From assembly GCA_030265395.1 (NCBI GenBank), contig JARFYF010000036.1, positions 15,597,299 through 15,661,298 of the forward strand: a stretch of 64,000 nucleotides of DNA. Reading direction: 5' to 3'. Below are positions 38,663-52,039 of this stretch, piece by piece (within the stretch, counting starts at the first letter, position 1; every line of letters begins with the position of its first letter). The DNA is from Rhina ancylostomus. Its lineage: Eukaryota. The notes beneath the pieces are model-generated. The model was given only the letters and a program-made list of their open reading frames with translations, made no database searches and had not been told where the DNA came from. A program made the position numbers and the translations under genes.

Positions 38663-41204
38663 AATAGCTTTGTGAATGTGGGTTCAGAAAGTATACATTC
38701 GTGACACTAAAGCTGATCCCAGATTTTATAAAATCTGGTGTCAATGTAAATGAGATTGATATGTCACCAGCTTTGTTTGCATCGTTATTTTTGGTTAACC
38801 TTGACTGAGAAAGTCAATCTTAACAAAAGAAGCTTTCTTCAACAAGGAGGTTATTTTTAGCCGTGTTGAGGTCCTGTCTGTAAAAGAGGAAGTACCTATT
38901 TGGTCTTCAGTATTTCTGTGCATTATGAGTAATGCACAGGAGGCTGGATTTGTAAAGTGACAAGCTCAGTCATTGAACTTAACAAAGTTAAGTTCATTTT
39001 GCTTGCTGCCTCATGCCATTACAGATTGCTATATTTAGTACATTCCACTCACCTATAGTAATTAATTGATGTAATCTTGTGAAAGTATATCTGTTATAAC
39101 AAGCAAATGGATTCCTAAGTGGTCAAATTTACATCCATAAGAGTTACTATTGTTAGAGTCATTACACATTACACTACACTCCTCCCCTTCCCCAGCAATT
39201 CTGACAAGTTGTCACAAGCAAAAAAAGATGCTGGCAGATTGATGCATCCCAGCAGGGAAAGATTGTTGATGGCTGTAAGTTTTTATTTGTTAAAATGTTC
39301 CTGAATATTGACCTTTTCAGATGTCTGGAAACTTACCTGAGTGATAATCTTGAAGTTTGAGCATAGATGGTGACTTGTTCGTATTTCAGCATTTTTTGGT
39401 TGATATTTATACACATATACTTTCCTGCAGAAATCACTGGTAATTAGGAACAGGAACTTAAGAGTTTTTTTGAAATTCTGGGTTGGGGGTGGCGGTGGTG
39501 GGATTGGACTGGTCCTGAATTTGAACCTGGAAATTATGGCATCTGATTCACCGCTAATGAATTTCCTATCCCTGAAATAGATCAACAAATAACAAGAGTA
39601 AATCAAATAAATCAACAAATAACAAAAGCAAAGCAAACCAAGATTACAAATCTCTCATCTAAAAATTAGTTAGAAAATATCATTTGTACCCTTTTATATG
39701 CTTATGCACACAAAGGGTCGGATTTTGGACATGTTTTGAAGTATTTGTGCTTATTTCCTGTTGAAGTCCCATCCATTGGGATTTAGACCGGGCATTTCCT
39801 GTCATATTAATGTCATATTAATGTCATATTTCTGTCAGTATTAATGTCTTTCCTCAACTTATTCCTTGCATGCAATGGCACCATAAAACATGCAGTGCCC
39901 ATTAATTACTTACCAATCGAAATTGGATCAAAAGCTTGCATCTTACAATTAACTCAGTTGAACAGGGAGCACATCATGCTGATAATAGCAAACTTTATTT
40001 GATTTAAAGTGTTCCCCCAGAATATCATATTTATGCGTTAAGGTTCATTCCATATAATCGTAACTCAGAAAACTTTGCTGCCACCAGCCCTTGGTGCAGG
40101 TCACGGCTGAACCGCAGCCTGTAGCCGTCTCAATCTGCAGCCCCAGTGGCTGCCACTGATCATGGGGATTGAAGATTGCCCACAGCTGGAGGGCACCATC
40201 ATTCCACTTCATGGATGGCGGGGAGGGAGCGTCTAACCCACAGACCCATGCTCCAATATCTCCACTCAACGCCATAGCCATGTTCCCATCCCCCAGTTAT
40301 TGGTATTTCTGCCTCCTCTTCCCCACCCGATCTCAAGCTGCCACGGAGAGCTCACTCTGACTTCCCATTTTCCATTGCTACTGACTGCTTAAGGTTTTAA
40401 CACTTCNNNNNNNNNNNNNNNNNNNNNNNNNNNNNNNNNNNNNNNNNNNNNNNNNNNNNNNNNNNNNNNNNNNNNNNNNNNNNNNNNNNNNNNNNNNNNN
40501 NNNNNNTGCTACTGACTGCTTAAGGTTTTAACACTTCTTAATGTGAGTAAACCATAATAACATTTCCTTAAAGCAAGGATGTCCTAATGTTGAAATCAGG
40601 CTCACCTGTTGTAAGAATCTTATACTAAAGGATTCTATGCCTCCCATAAACTCGGCTTTTTATTTCCACAGATGAAGCTCTGTCAATTGTTCAGATTGAC
40701 ATTGTTCATGAGATGTTTAGTCAGCCTCCCAACTAAAAGTTTGTCATGCTTGTTCTGGTTGTATAACTGTTTAGCAATACGTCCAAGCACTTTAAACTTT
40801 TTGAGACTCAGAATGGACAGTAATATTTTCTTCTGGTTAAAGCTGAATCTTTTTCCTCAAAATGTTCAATGAACCATTCAGTTTATAGTGCTTTTCATTC
40901 TCAGGGCTTGGGTATCACTTACACAGTTGCATTTATTATCTAACTCCCAGTCAAACTGCGACAGGCTACTTTTGAGGGCAGTTAAGTCTGGGGGATTTTC
41001 GTCGCCAGACTACAAAAGGGTGGCAAATTTCCAAGAGGATATGAGTGAATCAGTTGGGTTTTTATGGCAGTTCAACAACTTAATGGTCATGTTTCACTGA
41101 TTCCAGCTTTATTTGCAGTTTTTGAACCGAATTTAAATTCTCTCTTGTCAAGTAGCCTTGAATTATGTCTTGTTTAGTAATGAGGTACTTTTTTTATATA
41201 ATAG

Positions 41205-41377
41205 GATTGATTGTGCTGGAATATTGAAGCTGAGAAATGCTGATATCGAGCTGAGGAAAGGAGAGACGGACATTGGCAGGAAGAACACCAGAGTGAGGCT
41301 GGTTTTTCGAGTGCACATTCCTCAGCCCAGTGGCAGGACTGTCTCACTGCAGGTTGCTTCTAATCCCATTGAATGCT
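41205..41377 (+). CDS. NFATC2: NFATC2 RHD exon ([37 protein letters not shown]...SNPIEC)
   Basis: ataatag| acceptor and T|gtaagt donor, 173 bp, phases match neighbours; NADIEL is the NFATC2 variant (NSDIEL in NFATC1/3/4). Confidence 0.97.
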
Positions 41378-41769
41378 GTAAGTTTTCTATGGCATTTAAA
41401 TATGTACTGTATGTCTTGTCAGGTACATAAGTGTTTATTAGAATAAATTGTGACTATTTTATTCAATGTTGGAAAGAAATAGTCAATTCACTATTCAAGT
41501 CAAAATTAGCCATTCCTAACACTGATTATATTTCCCAGAATTTACTCAAGTTGTGCCATTGAATTCGACCCACACAAACACAAATAGATCTGTTCTCAAA
41601 TGATGACGTGCTTCCAATGATGATAAAACAGAATACAGTGGAGTAGAAATCTGTTCTTGGTCTCATGTACTCAAGACAGGATAAAGTACAGTTTGCACAT
41701 CTTACTCAATTTGCTTTTATTGATTTCAATGTAGCTATGTTGTTTTTGACCCTCTATTTGCAGTGTATT

Positions 41770-42115
41770 GCACATTCTTAAGTTTCATTGCATAAAAAAG
41801 CTTCTCCTGAATTCTTCATTGGATTTAATAATGAGTACACTATTTTATGGTCTACAGTCTTGGTCTTCATCGCTTGGAAACATTTTCTCCCTAACAACCC
41901 TTTCAAACCCCTTAATCATTGTAAATACCTGGATCAGGTCAACTGCCAACCTCCTCTTTTCTATAGAGAAGAATCCAAATTGTTCGGTCTTTCATATCTT
42001 CTCAGTTCTGGTATTATGCTTTTGTACCCTCTTCAATGCCTTTCAAGCTTCTACTTTTTGCTTAGATTTACTGAATAAAGAAATCACAGTCTCTCCAACA
42101 TGGATGAGTGAAGCT
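41770..42115 (-). mobile_element. Old CR1 fragment
   Basis: cccttaatcattgtaaatacctggatcaggtc..cctcctcttttctatagagaa (reverse GDLIQVFKIM region). Confidence 0.65.
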
Positions 42116-45100
42116 TGACTTCCAATATTTAAATTGTTGCAGGTCTCTAAAGCCCGAGTAATTTGCATCTAAGTGTGTAGAATGAAGATAATGAAGATGA
42201 TACAACCAAGTGTATCAATTGATATCTTCAGTTATTTTCTTTGAATACAGGAAGCTGTTATTTAATGATATCTACAACATCAACTGCATTGTAGCAAATG
42301 TAAATAATGTCCTTCTGACCTTTTCAACTAATATTTTTGCAAATAATTTTTCATTGTGATTTATCATACATCCAAAACTAATTACAGCTGGGTAATAAAT
42401 GCAGCTTTTCAATGTTGCCTGTAACTTGAGAACAGAAAAAAAACTCTGCCTAAATATTTAATCTCATCCAACTGCATTGCAAATAAGATTGTCAAGTAGA
42501 CAGTTGAAAGGAAAGTCCAGTGCAATTATTAAAAGGGCATGAAATTATTTTCAAGCCCAATGGATAAGAATTCACAGTCAGCATGGAGATGCCTGGAATT
42601 ACCATTGGTTTCTGAAGAAGTTTGCACTTCCCTGCACAATCAAAAATCCTTCTGGAGAGCTAGCTCAGTGTGAGGCCCTGGACACTGATAGAGACTTCCT
42701 CTGTGTAATGACGTTACGTAGATGTGACCAAATCAAGCCCACCCATGAAGTAAATGTTTGACAGCTGCCAAAGTGACACTCCTAAAATAGCTGGATATTT
42801 TAAAGGTGAGAAACATATCTCAGAAATTGGAAAACACTAATTCATTCAAAAGTTTGCGACACTATTAAATCTTTGAAACACTTTTAAAAAGCTAAATACA
42901 GAAAACCAGAACAAAAGCATCTAAGCAATGAAACAAAATCAAAACCAGTTGGTGTTCACAGATGTTCACCCCATTGAAATAATTGGTAAGCACTGCTTAG
43001 CCCAGATACAACATGGTGCAGGATGTTCATGCAAATTCTGCACCATAAATTGGCAATTCCTCACCATAGCTTTCTACTTCCTTGCAGGGCTCCTTGAGGA
43101 ATCAGAAAGCAGTCAAAGAAATTGGAGCAAATCACTGATTGCAGTGTTGTAACTCTGTGCTTGTGTGTAAATGCATTGATACCTTGAGCATTATGTAAGG
43201 AAATGTCAGCAGTTTCTGGAACAGTTAATGCCATAGTATGATTTATTAATGAATACTATTGGATAACATTTACAAAACAAGGCTATAAGCACAGAGTCCC
43301 AAGGGTAGGATTAGAGAATGAGTTGTAGGCATTAATCTGTCTTTGCTGAAGACTCTGCTTCTGTTACTCCAGTCACACCCCCAGAAAATAGGGTCTGTAT
43401 CAAGAGGCTCCTCTGCCACAATTAAAGCACTTCTTCAACACAACCTGATAACATTCATATTCTTTCTCCTTTTCAACAGTGATTTCATGAAAGAGTTATA
43501 AACAATTGTATTTGTTGGCACAATTTGACCCACCAGATATATCATTATATGTGTTATTCACTAATCTCTTGTAGTTTTCAATAGAGATCCTGTGTGAGTT
43601 AATAAGGGTGCTTTAAGAGTAGAAGTGTCTCAGTTCTCCTGTAAATGTTATATCTTCCTAATTTTGCAATGGTTAATTGAAATTGATTTCATTATGAAAG
43701 GAACTTTTATAACAATGGTGCTACAGAAATTCATATAATCAGTTCCTGATCTAAAACAGAAGCCCAGATGATTGAACCCAATTCCCTAACATATTATTGT
43801 AAAGACCAAAATATGTAATATGTAAGAATGTTGAGCAGGCACTGCCTAACTTCAGCTGTAAAATGAGAGGCAAACTGATTTCTTTAAATGTTTCTGCTTC
43901 TGTTTTCTGTTGAATATTACTTGTGCTGAAATCACGCCACTGGAAGTTGACAACCCTGTTCTATTTCAATTCTGCTACAAAGTACATCCTTCATTCATGT
44001 GATCTGGTTATTTTTGGGTTTTTCAACAGTTATGTTTGTTATGATGTTCTATTTTAAACTTAGAAATGGAATTCATTATATCTATCGGTAGTGCGGTGAG
44101 ATATGACGAGAATAGCTGAGGAAGATCAGTACTTGTTAATTGAATCCTTCATCAAATGAAATCATGTAAGGGCTTCTGAAAACATAGATTCTGCTGATAG
44201 AGGATGGATGAATGGCAATAAGGGGACATATAACAATTGAGTATTTGCTAAACTCCACTTTGTGGAAGCAATCCTGCTCATTGTGTCAGTTTTTTTATGG
44301 ATTCCTTAGTTTAGCAGGAGAGGAAAGACAAGTACAGTCACAATCCAGGCTGTTGTATGAGAAGTTCACAAGTGATGGAAAGTGGCATTTCCATCATTAA
44401 GTTAGATTTCAAGTATTGGTGAAACCACTGTTTGAACCTTTTCTAATAATCATCAGTACATTGACAAAATGATGTTCAAAGCTTTTCATATATGCACAAA
44501 TTAGTATTGTTTAAAATAGTTTGGAAAACGTGGCCATGACTCGTACTGTTGTTTTCTTAAAATAGTTCAACTAATGCATGCAGGATGACTTGGAGTTTAA
44601 ATCATCTGGAACATCTTGTTTACACACGCAAAAATAGTCTCCAGATTTTATTTACATACAATACCCAAACAGTTGGGTTAATTTTCCTACATCGTATCTA
44701 AGACTGCACCTCAAACATCCTTCATTTGATGAAAAGCTCTTTAAGATGTGCTGAGCATATAAAAGTTGCTATATAATGAAGCCCTTTGTTTCTTAAGTTG
44801 AGATAGCATTTAAACTGTCCCTTGTTATTTTATGGAAAGTCTTACATTTTTTGAGGTTCACCATGTTATTAATACCACGTTTACATGAAGATATTGATCT
44901 TGATGCTAGTAAAAGCTTCTTTATAAAACAGGCAGATGAGAATATTTGCTGCAACTAATTAAGTGGATTTAACAGTATAAGTGAGGGGATAGTCATTGAT
45001 GTTCTATCCTACTGGACTGATGCAGTGAATGAGGTTCTTCGGTGCTTTCTGCCCAGGGTGTCTGGGAAAAATCCAAAAAATTGCAGTAACAGTGCAATGT

Positions 45101-45161
45101 AGTTTTTAAAATTATCAGCAGATATTTTCTGTAATAACTATATTTCCTTTTATACTTCCAG

Positions 45162-45302
45162 CTCAGCGATCAGCCCATGAGCTACCTATGGTGGAAAAGC
45201 AGAGTACAGACAATTGTTTAGTCACAGGTGGACAGCAAATGATCCTCAATGGTCAAAACTTTACGACTGAGTCAAAGGTGCTTTTCACAGAGAAGACTCC
45301 TG
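45162..45302 (+). CDS. NFATC2: NFATC2 exon, start of IPT/RHR-C domain (SQRSAHELPMVEKQSTDNCLVTGGQQMILNGQNF...EKTP)
   Basis: tatacttccag| acceptor and G|gtgagt donor, 141 bp; SAHELPMVE and GGQQMIL are NFATC2-type. Confidence 0.97.
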
Positions 45303-46034
45303 GTGAGTCATGTTGTTCTTTTTTGAATCTTATTGAAAACAGAGTGAACTGTATCACTGATCAAATTTGAATAGAAGTAAATTGCATTGCTCAATCTTTC
45401 TGCATTTTGTGCTCTGAGATTATTAAGTGAACGATGGTATTCTGTTGATTGTATGTGACCTTGGTTGCATATCACAGCCCATAATCACACAAATACACTG
45501 TTCAGGTATGGGAAAAGTTGTGTGAAGTACAAAACTTTTAGATTCAATTCCTTTTTTCCTCATTTGTTGATGATAAATTATATTGCATTCTTAATATTGC
45601 AACCGACCTGTTATAAATTGGATGGTAGAAATAAGAGCTGTTTGCAAAACCTATCACATTAAGAATGATCTTTTCACACCCCTTCTATGAACATTGTGTT
45701 TCCTGTAGAACTGACAAGATCATTCTTCAGCTGTACTGAAGCAGATTACTATCACTGTTATGCATTTGGATTTTTCTCTGGTACTTTGCTTACACAGGGA
45801 TACCAATATTTCAGTTATAGCTTGAGTGACAAACCTTGCCCAATGGTCCTTCTGCATGAACATGGGACTGGCAACATGAATACCATCACCCATGGATTAT
45901 ATTGGAAAAACATCTCAGAAAAATTTCAAATTTTGGGATTGTGCAATGTTAGCTGTCCTTCATAGATTCAGTTGCTGTTTAAGTTATTATTTCAAACTGA
46001 AATGTATTTAATTACATAAGATATAGGTAAGGCG

Positions 46035-46600
46035 GGGCCTGGAGTATTGTGTGCAGTTTTGGGTCTCTTGTCTAAAAAAAAGAATATACTTTCCATAAAG
46101 GGAGTGTAGCAAAGACCAGGTAGATTGGTTCCAGGAATGGTGGGTTTGCTGCATGAGGAGAGTTGAGTTGATTAAGCCTGTGTTCTCTATAGTATAGAAG
46201 AAAGAGAGATATCCCTATTGGAGCTCAGAAAATTCTTACAAAGTCTCAACAGGCTGGATGCTGGAAGGATGTTTCCTTTGGCTGAGGTGTCTAGAACCAG
46301 GAGTCATGGTCTCAGAAAAAGGAGTCAGCCATTTGGCAATGAGATGAGGGGAAGTTCATTCAAACAGAGGCTGGTGAATCTTTGGAATCCTCCTCACCGG
46401 ATGGCCATGGATGCTCAGTCAACAAGTTAATTTCAAAACAGAGATCCGTGGATTTCCGGATATTAAGGGAATCAAGAGGAATGGATATAGGAGGGAAAAT
46501 GATACTGAGGTAGATCAGCCATGATCTTGATGAATGGTGGAGCAGGCTCAGAGAGCCAAATGGCCCACTCCTGCTCTTGTATCATGTGCTCTTGTGTTAA
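46035..46600 (+). mobile_element. CR1 LINE 3' end
   Basis: LNRLDAGRMFPLAEVSRTRSHGL..QRLVNLWN and 3' UTR gatcagccatgatcttgatgaatggtggagcaggctc. Confidence 0.9.
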
Positions 46601-48357
46601 GGAAATTACTTGTGTTCTTAGACTAGATAATGCAGTTTGCTATTGTTGCACAAACAATGCTTAGGTTCTTAAGTCTGCTGCTTTTGATGTGGTCAGATTG
46701 GACTGGCAGGAAACCAAAAGTTAATTATTGTTAAATGCAATGTGTGTTTCATAATTGCTGCTGAATTTGTGCACTATACCAACTGGTGCTTAAAGTTGAA
46801 AGCATTGAAGCCTAGAACAGGACCTGAGACAATTGCAGCTGCACAGCAATGAAAGGAAGAAAAGCAGGCAGTTACTGCAGTTAAGTTCCACTCATCAGCT
46901 GCCACTCACTTTCTAAACATATAATGGAAGCAGTTATATTAACTAAGATATACTGTGTAATATAACAACACACTACCACATGTTTTTTATACATCAATAT
47001 TATTTATTGAATGTCAGCAAAGATCTGAAAGTATTTGTTGTCTAAACAGTCCAGGAATGGCTTTAAAAAATTAATTGTTCTGGAGGTGACTCTCAATATA
47101 TTTGTTCTACTGAGATTCATCCCTGTGCATCAATGAGAAACCACATGCACATAATATTACTTACACCAACCCACCACCTCCCCCAACCTCACTCTATTGG
47201 CTTACTCAGACACAGTGACAACTAATTATAAGCTGAAACCACACCAGGCAGTTTCCCCAGATTCCTATAAATGTTTACTCTCATGGTTCACACATAGAGA
47301 ATCAATTAAGTTAACATGGGGGGACATTGACAAGTTAAACACAGAGAAAGAAGGACTTGAATTTATTTCGCACTTTTCACAATCTCAGAACGTTCCAAGG
47401 TATTTTAAAACCATCAATATGTAGCTACTGAAGTGATTTAGGAAATAAGCACTGGACTTTTTTTCAGTATTTGGCAATAATCTGCTGCAGTGATAAAGGG
47501 GCATGCTGTCGTTATCAAATTGTAGATCGAGCATTTGATACTTTTCCAGTGTCTTAGCGTTTGTGCAGGTTTATAATGAGGCAGTGTTCCAGAAGCACTA
47601 AATCACCCACTGCTGATATGGTACATGTAATGAGTGGAATATTTTCAAGTACCATCTTGCTGATACTGGGCAACTGTGCAATTAAAGTTGCCTTTGCAAA
47701 ATAATGATTAATTCCTGTCTTAAAATTAGTCTGAACCTGAGTTGGCTGAGGGTGATTTCAAGTTCACTCCTGTCTGTCCGTAGCTCCCTGAAAACCCCAG
47801 TCCCAATTAAATCTGCTCATAAGCACTAATGAGCTATTTGACGTTAGGGGGCTTTAGGTCAGTATTCTGCTGATGCAGATTCCATATTTATCCACAGATT
47901 TTACTGGATTGTAATGCAGTATGTTGGCTGCTCTAAAGTTTAATTTTGAATAGTTCATTTATATTTATTCAAATTAAAATCTATTCTTGGAGAGAGCTGA
48001 TGGAAATGAACTCATTTCAGATTCTATATAAGACAAATGTCATTTTCAGTGCATTTTAAAGTTATATCTAATGAAAAGTACCATTCAGCTCATGATTGAT
48101 AGAAAGAAAGAAATTTAACTCAAATTGAACCAGATGAAACAACACTGAAGAGGATCTGGTTTATGTGTGTTTCGTTCATGTAACTTTCAGCAATGTGAAA
48201 TGTCACCAGTATGTGGAGGAAAGTATAAGAGGGCAGTATGCATGTCCTAAATATCTCNNNNNNNNNNNNNNNNNNNNNNNNNNNNNNNNNNNNNNNNNNN
48301 NNNNNNNNNNNNNNNNNNNNNNNNNNNNNNNNNNNNNNNNNNNNNNNNNNNNNNNNN

Positions 48358-48505
48358 ATTGGAGCCTCCATACCAGGCGGTGATGCAACCAGTCAGAATG
48401 CTCTCCACTGTACATCTGTAGAAATTTGCAAGAGCCTTTGGTGACGTACCAAATCTCCTCAAACTCTTAAGGAAGTGAAGCCACTGGCATGCCACCTTGA
48501 TTGCA
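48358..48505 (-). mobile_element. Rex1/Babar LINE RT C-terminal fragment
   Basis: LHFLKSLRRFGTSPKALANFYRCTVESILTGCITAWYG. Confidence 0.85.
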
Positions 48506-49284
48506 TAGATCAAAATGTCTACAGTGAAATATATCAATCATTGAGAATTTTTTGGCTGGTTTTTATTTGACTAAATACCTGGTTTTACAGTAGAAAGCAA
48601 AAGAATCTTTCTTTGCATGACTGATTTGATCTTTTCAGAATATTTGTGCTTGAACTTTGAATCCAGCACTGAGGTTAAAACCAAAATGCATTTTATAGTT
48701 CTTTCCCCACAGTTTCGTCCCTTTGGTTAAATGTTATTGTATGAAAAGGAAGGACTTTGAAGAAAGAAAATAAAACAAGTGTAATCTATTTTGAAAAGTA
48801 AGTTGCAGTACTTCGATCTGACTTTAAAATGCCACTGCTGGAACTGGAAGTAATCTGATATATATTGCACAGTACGTTTCTCATGTATATAGCACTCTCT
48901 GAGACTGGACTTGAACTCAGAGCAGACTGATGCAATGAAGGATTTGCTCTCTTCTGTATGGAGATTCAGGTCATTTCAACCCATTTTCTGGTTAATGTGG
49001 ATCTGAAGCCTCAAATTAAACCTTACACCCAGTGACATCAGAATCTACCACAGGGTTAACATTGCAAAAATGTGATACCCACCTGACCTGCACCCAGTTT
49101 TCAGCACCCAACAAGAAAGTCTACACCCTCTGTGCCCTACAGCCTGAACCACCCACTCCCCAAAACAGATTCATCTTTATCAGGTCTTGTTGCCCATGGT
49201 CACAGCCAATGATCTCAACTCCCTTATGCAGTGGCACCTCATTCACATCAGGTTCAGTCAGGCCTGGAATTCATAGTGGTCGAA

Positions 49285-49725
49285 AAGTCAGAAAGAGTTT
49301 ATTGTCACATGCACAAGTCCATGTGTGCACAGGTGCAATGAAAAACTTATTTGCAGCAACATCACAGGCACATAGCATCAAATAAGCAGCATTCACATGA
49401 AAAACATAAAAGATCCACAACTTTTACAATAAAGAACACAATTAGAATTTTTAAGAAGTCCATTTTAGTGCAAAGTGATCAAAGTAGTCATGGTGTTGCT
49501 GTACTCTAGTGATTAAGGTTGTACCAATTGGTTTAAGAACCAAATGGTTGAAGGGAACTAGCTGTCCTTGAATCTGGTGGCGTGGGACGGGTACCTCCAG
49601 TCCAATGGTAGCTGTGAGAAGATGGCACAGCCCGGATGGTGGGGATCTTTGATGAGAGCAGCACCTCATGTCGATACTACTGATGGTGGGGAGGGATGTG
49701 TCCGTGATGAATTGGGCTGATTCTG
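49285..49725 (-). mobile_element. Rex1/Babar-like LINE 3' end
   Basis: gagtttattgtcacatg reversed tail; gatggttgaagggaa..ctgtccttgaatctggtgg and ggatggtggggatctttgatga. Confidence 0.7.
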
Positions 49726-49939
49726 TGTTGTAGTGATTTCTGTGTTGAAATAGTATTATCCATCTGCAAATGTGAAATATCCTTATGGCCCCTGGCCTGT
49801 GAAAAACTCAATGGGTAAGGTGTAAATAAAATGAGTGTGAATACCATGCTTAATACCCAACTGAATCACGTGTCCACTGAATTCATCATATCATTAGAAA
49901 TGCCACATCTTGCCTGTCCTAGAAATCTGAGATAGACAC

Positions 49940-50122
49940 AGGTAATGCTGGAAACTCTCATCAGGTCAGGTGCATCTATGGAGAGAGTAATCAAGTTAAT
50001 ATTTCAGCTCAATGACCTTTCATCATAATTCCTGAAAAGTTATCAATCTGCAACATTGACTCTGTTTTTCCTCCGTAGAAGCTGCTCGACTTGCTGAGTG
50101 TTTCCAGCACCTTCTGTTTTCA
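49940..50122. repeat. Palindromic Penelope-terminus-like element, copy E
   Basis: tgctggaaactctcatcaggtcaggtgcatctatggag versus ctccgtagaagctgctcgacttgctgagtgtttccagca. Confidence 0.8.
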
Positions 50123-50854
50123 GCAGGCTGTTACCTTGTCAACTTAATTAATATGAATGTTTCCTAAAATGCTTTTGTCGTTTATCCATATCCCTGCTTC
50201 ATGTACAAAACCTGGCCCTTTATTTTTATTGAATGCACTGTGCGGGACTATTTTGCATTAATTCATTCCAGTAATTACAGTTTAAAATGCAACTTCCAAC
50301 TGTTGTAATGTATTGAAAACAGCTGAGTTAAAATGTGTGAACAAACACTGAGAAGAGACGCAATGCCTGAACCGTCATCCCATGTTTTACAAAGATGTTA
50401 GTCTGCTCAGATTCTGTTTGTTGAAGACAATCTTCAAAGAAGTTGCATCCACATCAAAGAGAATTGTAAGTCCTGGACATTTTAGTTTTGATCACTGTCC
50501 ATTCTTTGTACCATTGTGCCTATTATCTTAGCACAAATTTGGCAAGAAGCTGGAAGAACAATGAATGCTAATGTTAAACCAATTTATATATGTAGTGTAA
50601 ATTGTTAATTATGCTTCTGGTATCCTGCCTATGTTTTTGCTTCTGTAAGATCATTTGAATTCGAAGCAATTCTTGGTGTAGTCAAGAGACCAAAATTGTG
50701 ATATTTCCAACATGTTGACGGAGACGCTAAATTTCCTTCAGTCAGCAATCTATCAGTGTCTGCTTTATTGTTAAGTTGGAGTGATGGTAATTTAATGCAG
50801 CTGAGAATCAAGACAAGGTTTTTTAAGGGGTAGTGCCTCCTCTGGAAATGAAGA

Positions 50855-51665
50855 AAGAGCATCATCTGCAGTGGCTTCCTTTCCTACTCAATCACTATTA
50901 CCTCAGGAGTCCACCAAGAATCTATGGTTTGCCCTCTGCTGCCCTTCATTATCTACTTGTATATTGATGACATCCAAGTCTACCTCACTACCACTTTTCT
51001 TGACCCCTCTGCTGTCTTCCACTTCTCAGACTGCTTGCCCAACATCCCAAAATGTATGTGACTCAATATCGAGAATATCAAAACCACTTTGACTGCAACA
51101 AACTCCATTCGCTAACCACAGGATCCATTTCTCTCCCGAGCAATAGTCTGGGCCTGGATGAGACCACTTAGCCTTGGTGGTTGTATTAAACTTTTTGGCA
51201 CATATCATCTCCGTCACTAAGGCCAGTAATTATAACCTCTTTAACATTAACCAACCCCACCACTGCCTCAGCTCATCAGCTGGTGAAACACTGCTGTATG
51301 CCTTTGTTAGCTCTAGATTTCAAACTTCTAATGCTGTGATGGCCAGCATTCCAAGTTCCACCTTAAGGAATATGTGTTCTTCTAAATCCCTGTTATCTGC
51401 AACCAAACCTGCACAAGGCATCCATAATCCAGCCATTATTCACTGGCTTACAATGGCTCCAGATCAACGAAAGGTAAATTTTAATTTTCTCATTTTCTAA
51501 TCCCTCCATTAATTCCTCTTCTCCATATCTGCAACCTCCTTCCAATTCTGGCTTCTTGATCATCCCTGAATTCTATCACTCCAAACTGCCAAGATCCTAA
51601 CCTCTGGAATTCCCTTCCGAAACCTCTTTGTGTCATGATTCTTAGTACTGGCCCTCTATTTGGCT
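50855..51665 (+). mobile_element. L2-like LINE fragment
   Basis: YIDDIQVYL (YADD motif), AGETLLYAFVSSR and ctctggaattcccttcc 3' region. Confidence 0.75.
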
Positions 51666-52039
51666 CCTTTGATGCCTTGTTGTACAGCACATGGATTCAA
51701 TGCTGGACTGATTGCATAATGACACACACCTGAGCCCCATCAGGGGCCGAGCATAAGTACCTGGGTTTCCCCAGCACTAGTTGCCAGAGTATTAGTCAAC
51801 CTTTGGCTCCTGACTGCTTAGAGTGGTCCACTCTTGAGCAGGTCTGTGTTCGCTATTCCTGTTTGAAGATCCAGTTTGTGTTGGGATTCCTACTCAGATC
51901 TCTGAGGCAAGATTCCTTCCAGCTGCTGCTGGTGTTTGGTCCTGAGGAAGTATCCTGACTCCAGTCCTGTACCAGTGTGTCACATTTGGGTTCTCTGTGA
52001 GCTTGCTCTTTGCTCAATATTGTGACAGAATCATGCTAA

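Noticed and set aside
39800-39850. gtcatattaat tandem repeat (also aagtggcc repeats at 33065-33110 and a duplication at 39575-39630)
   Set aside because: Short slippage duplications without unique spacers; not CRISPR-like and no sign of function.
40376-40537. 31-bp direct repeat around a 100-N gap
   Set aside because: Length is typical of a k-mer contig overlap; most likely an assembly artefact.
51678-52027. Possible solo LTR (TG...CA)
   Set aside because: No target-site duplication or clear polyA signal, and no second copy in the window.
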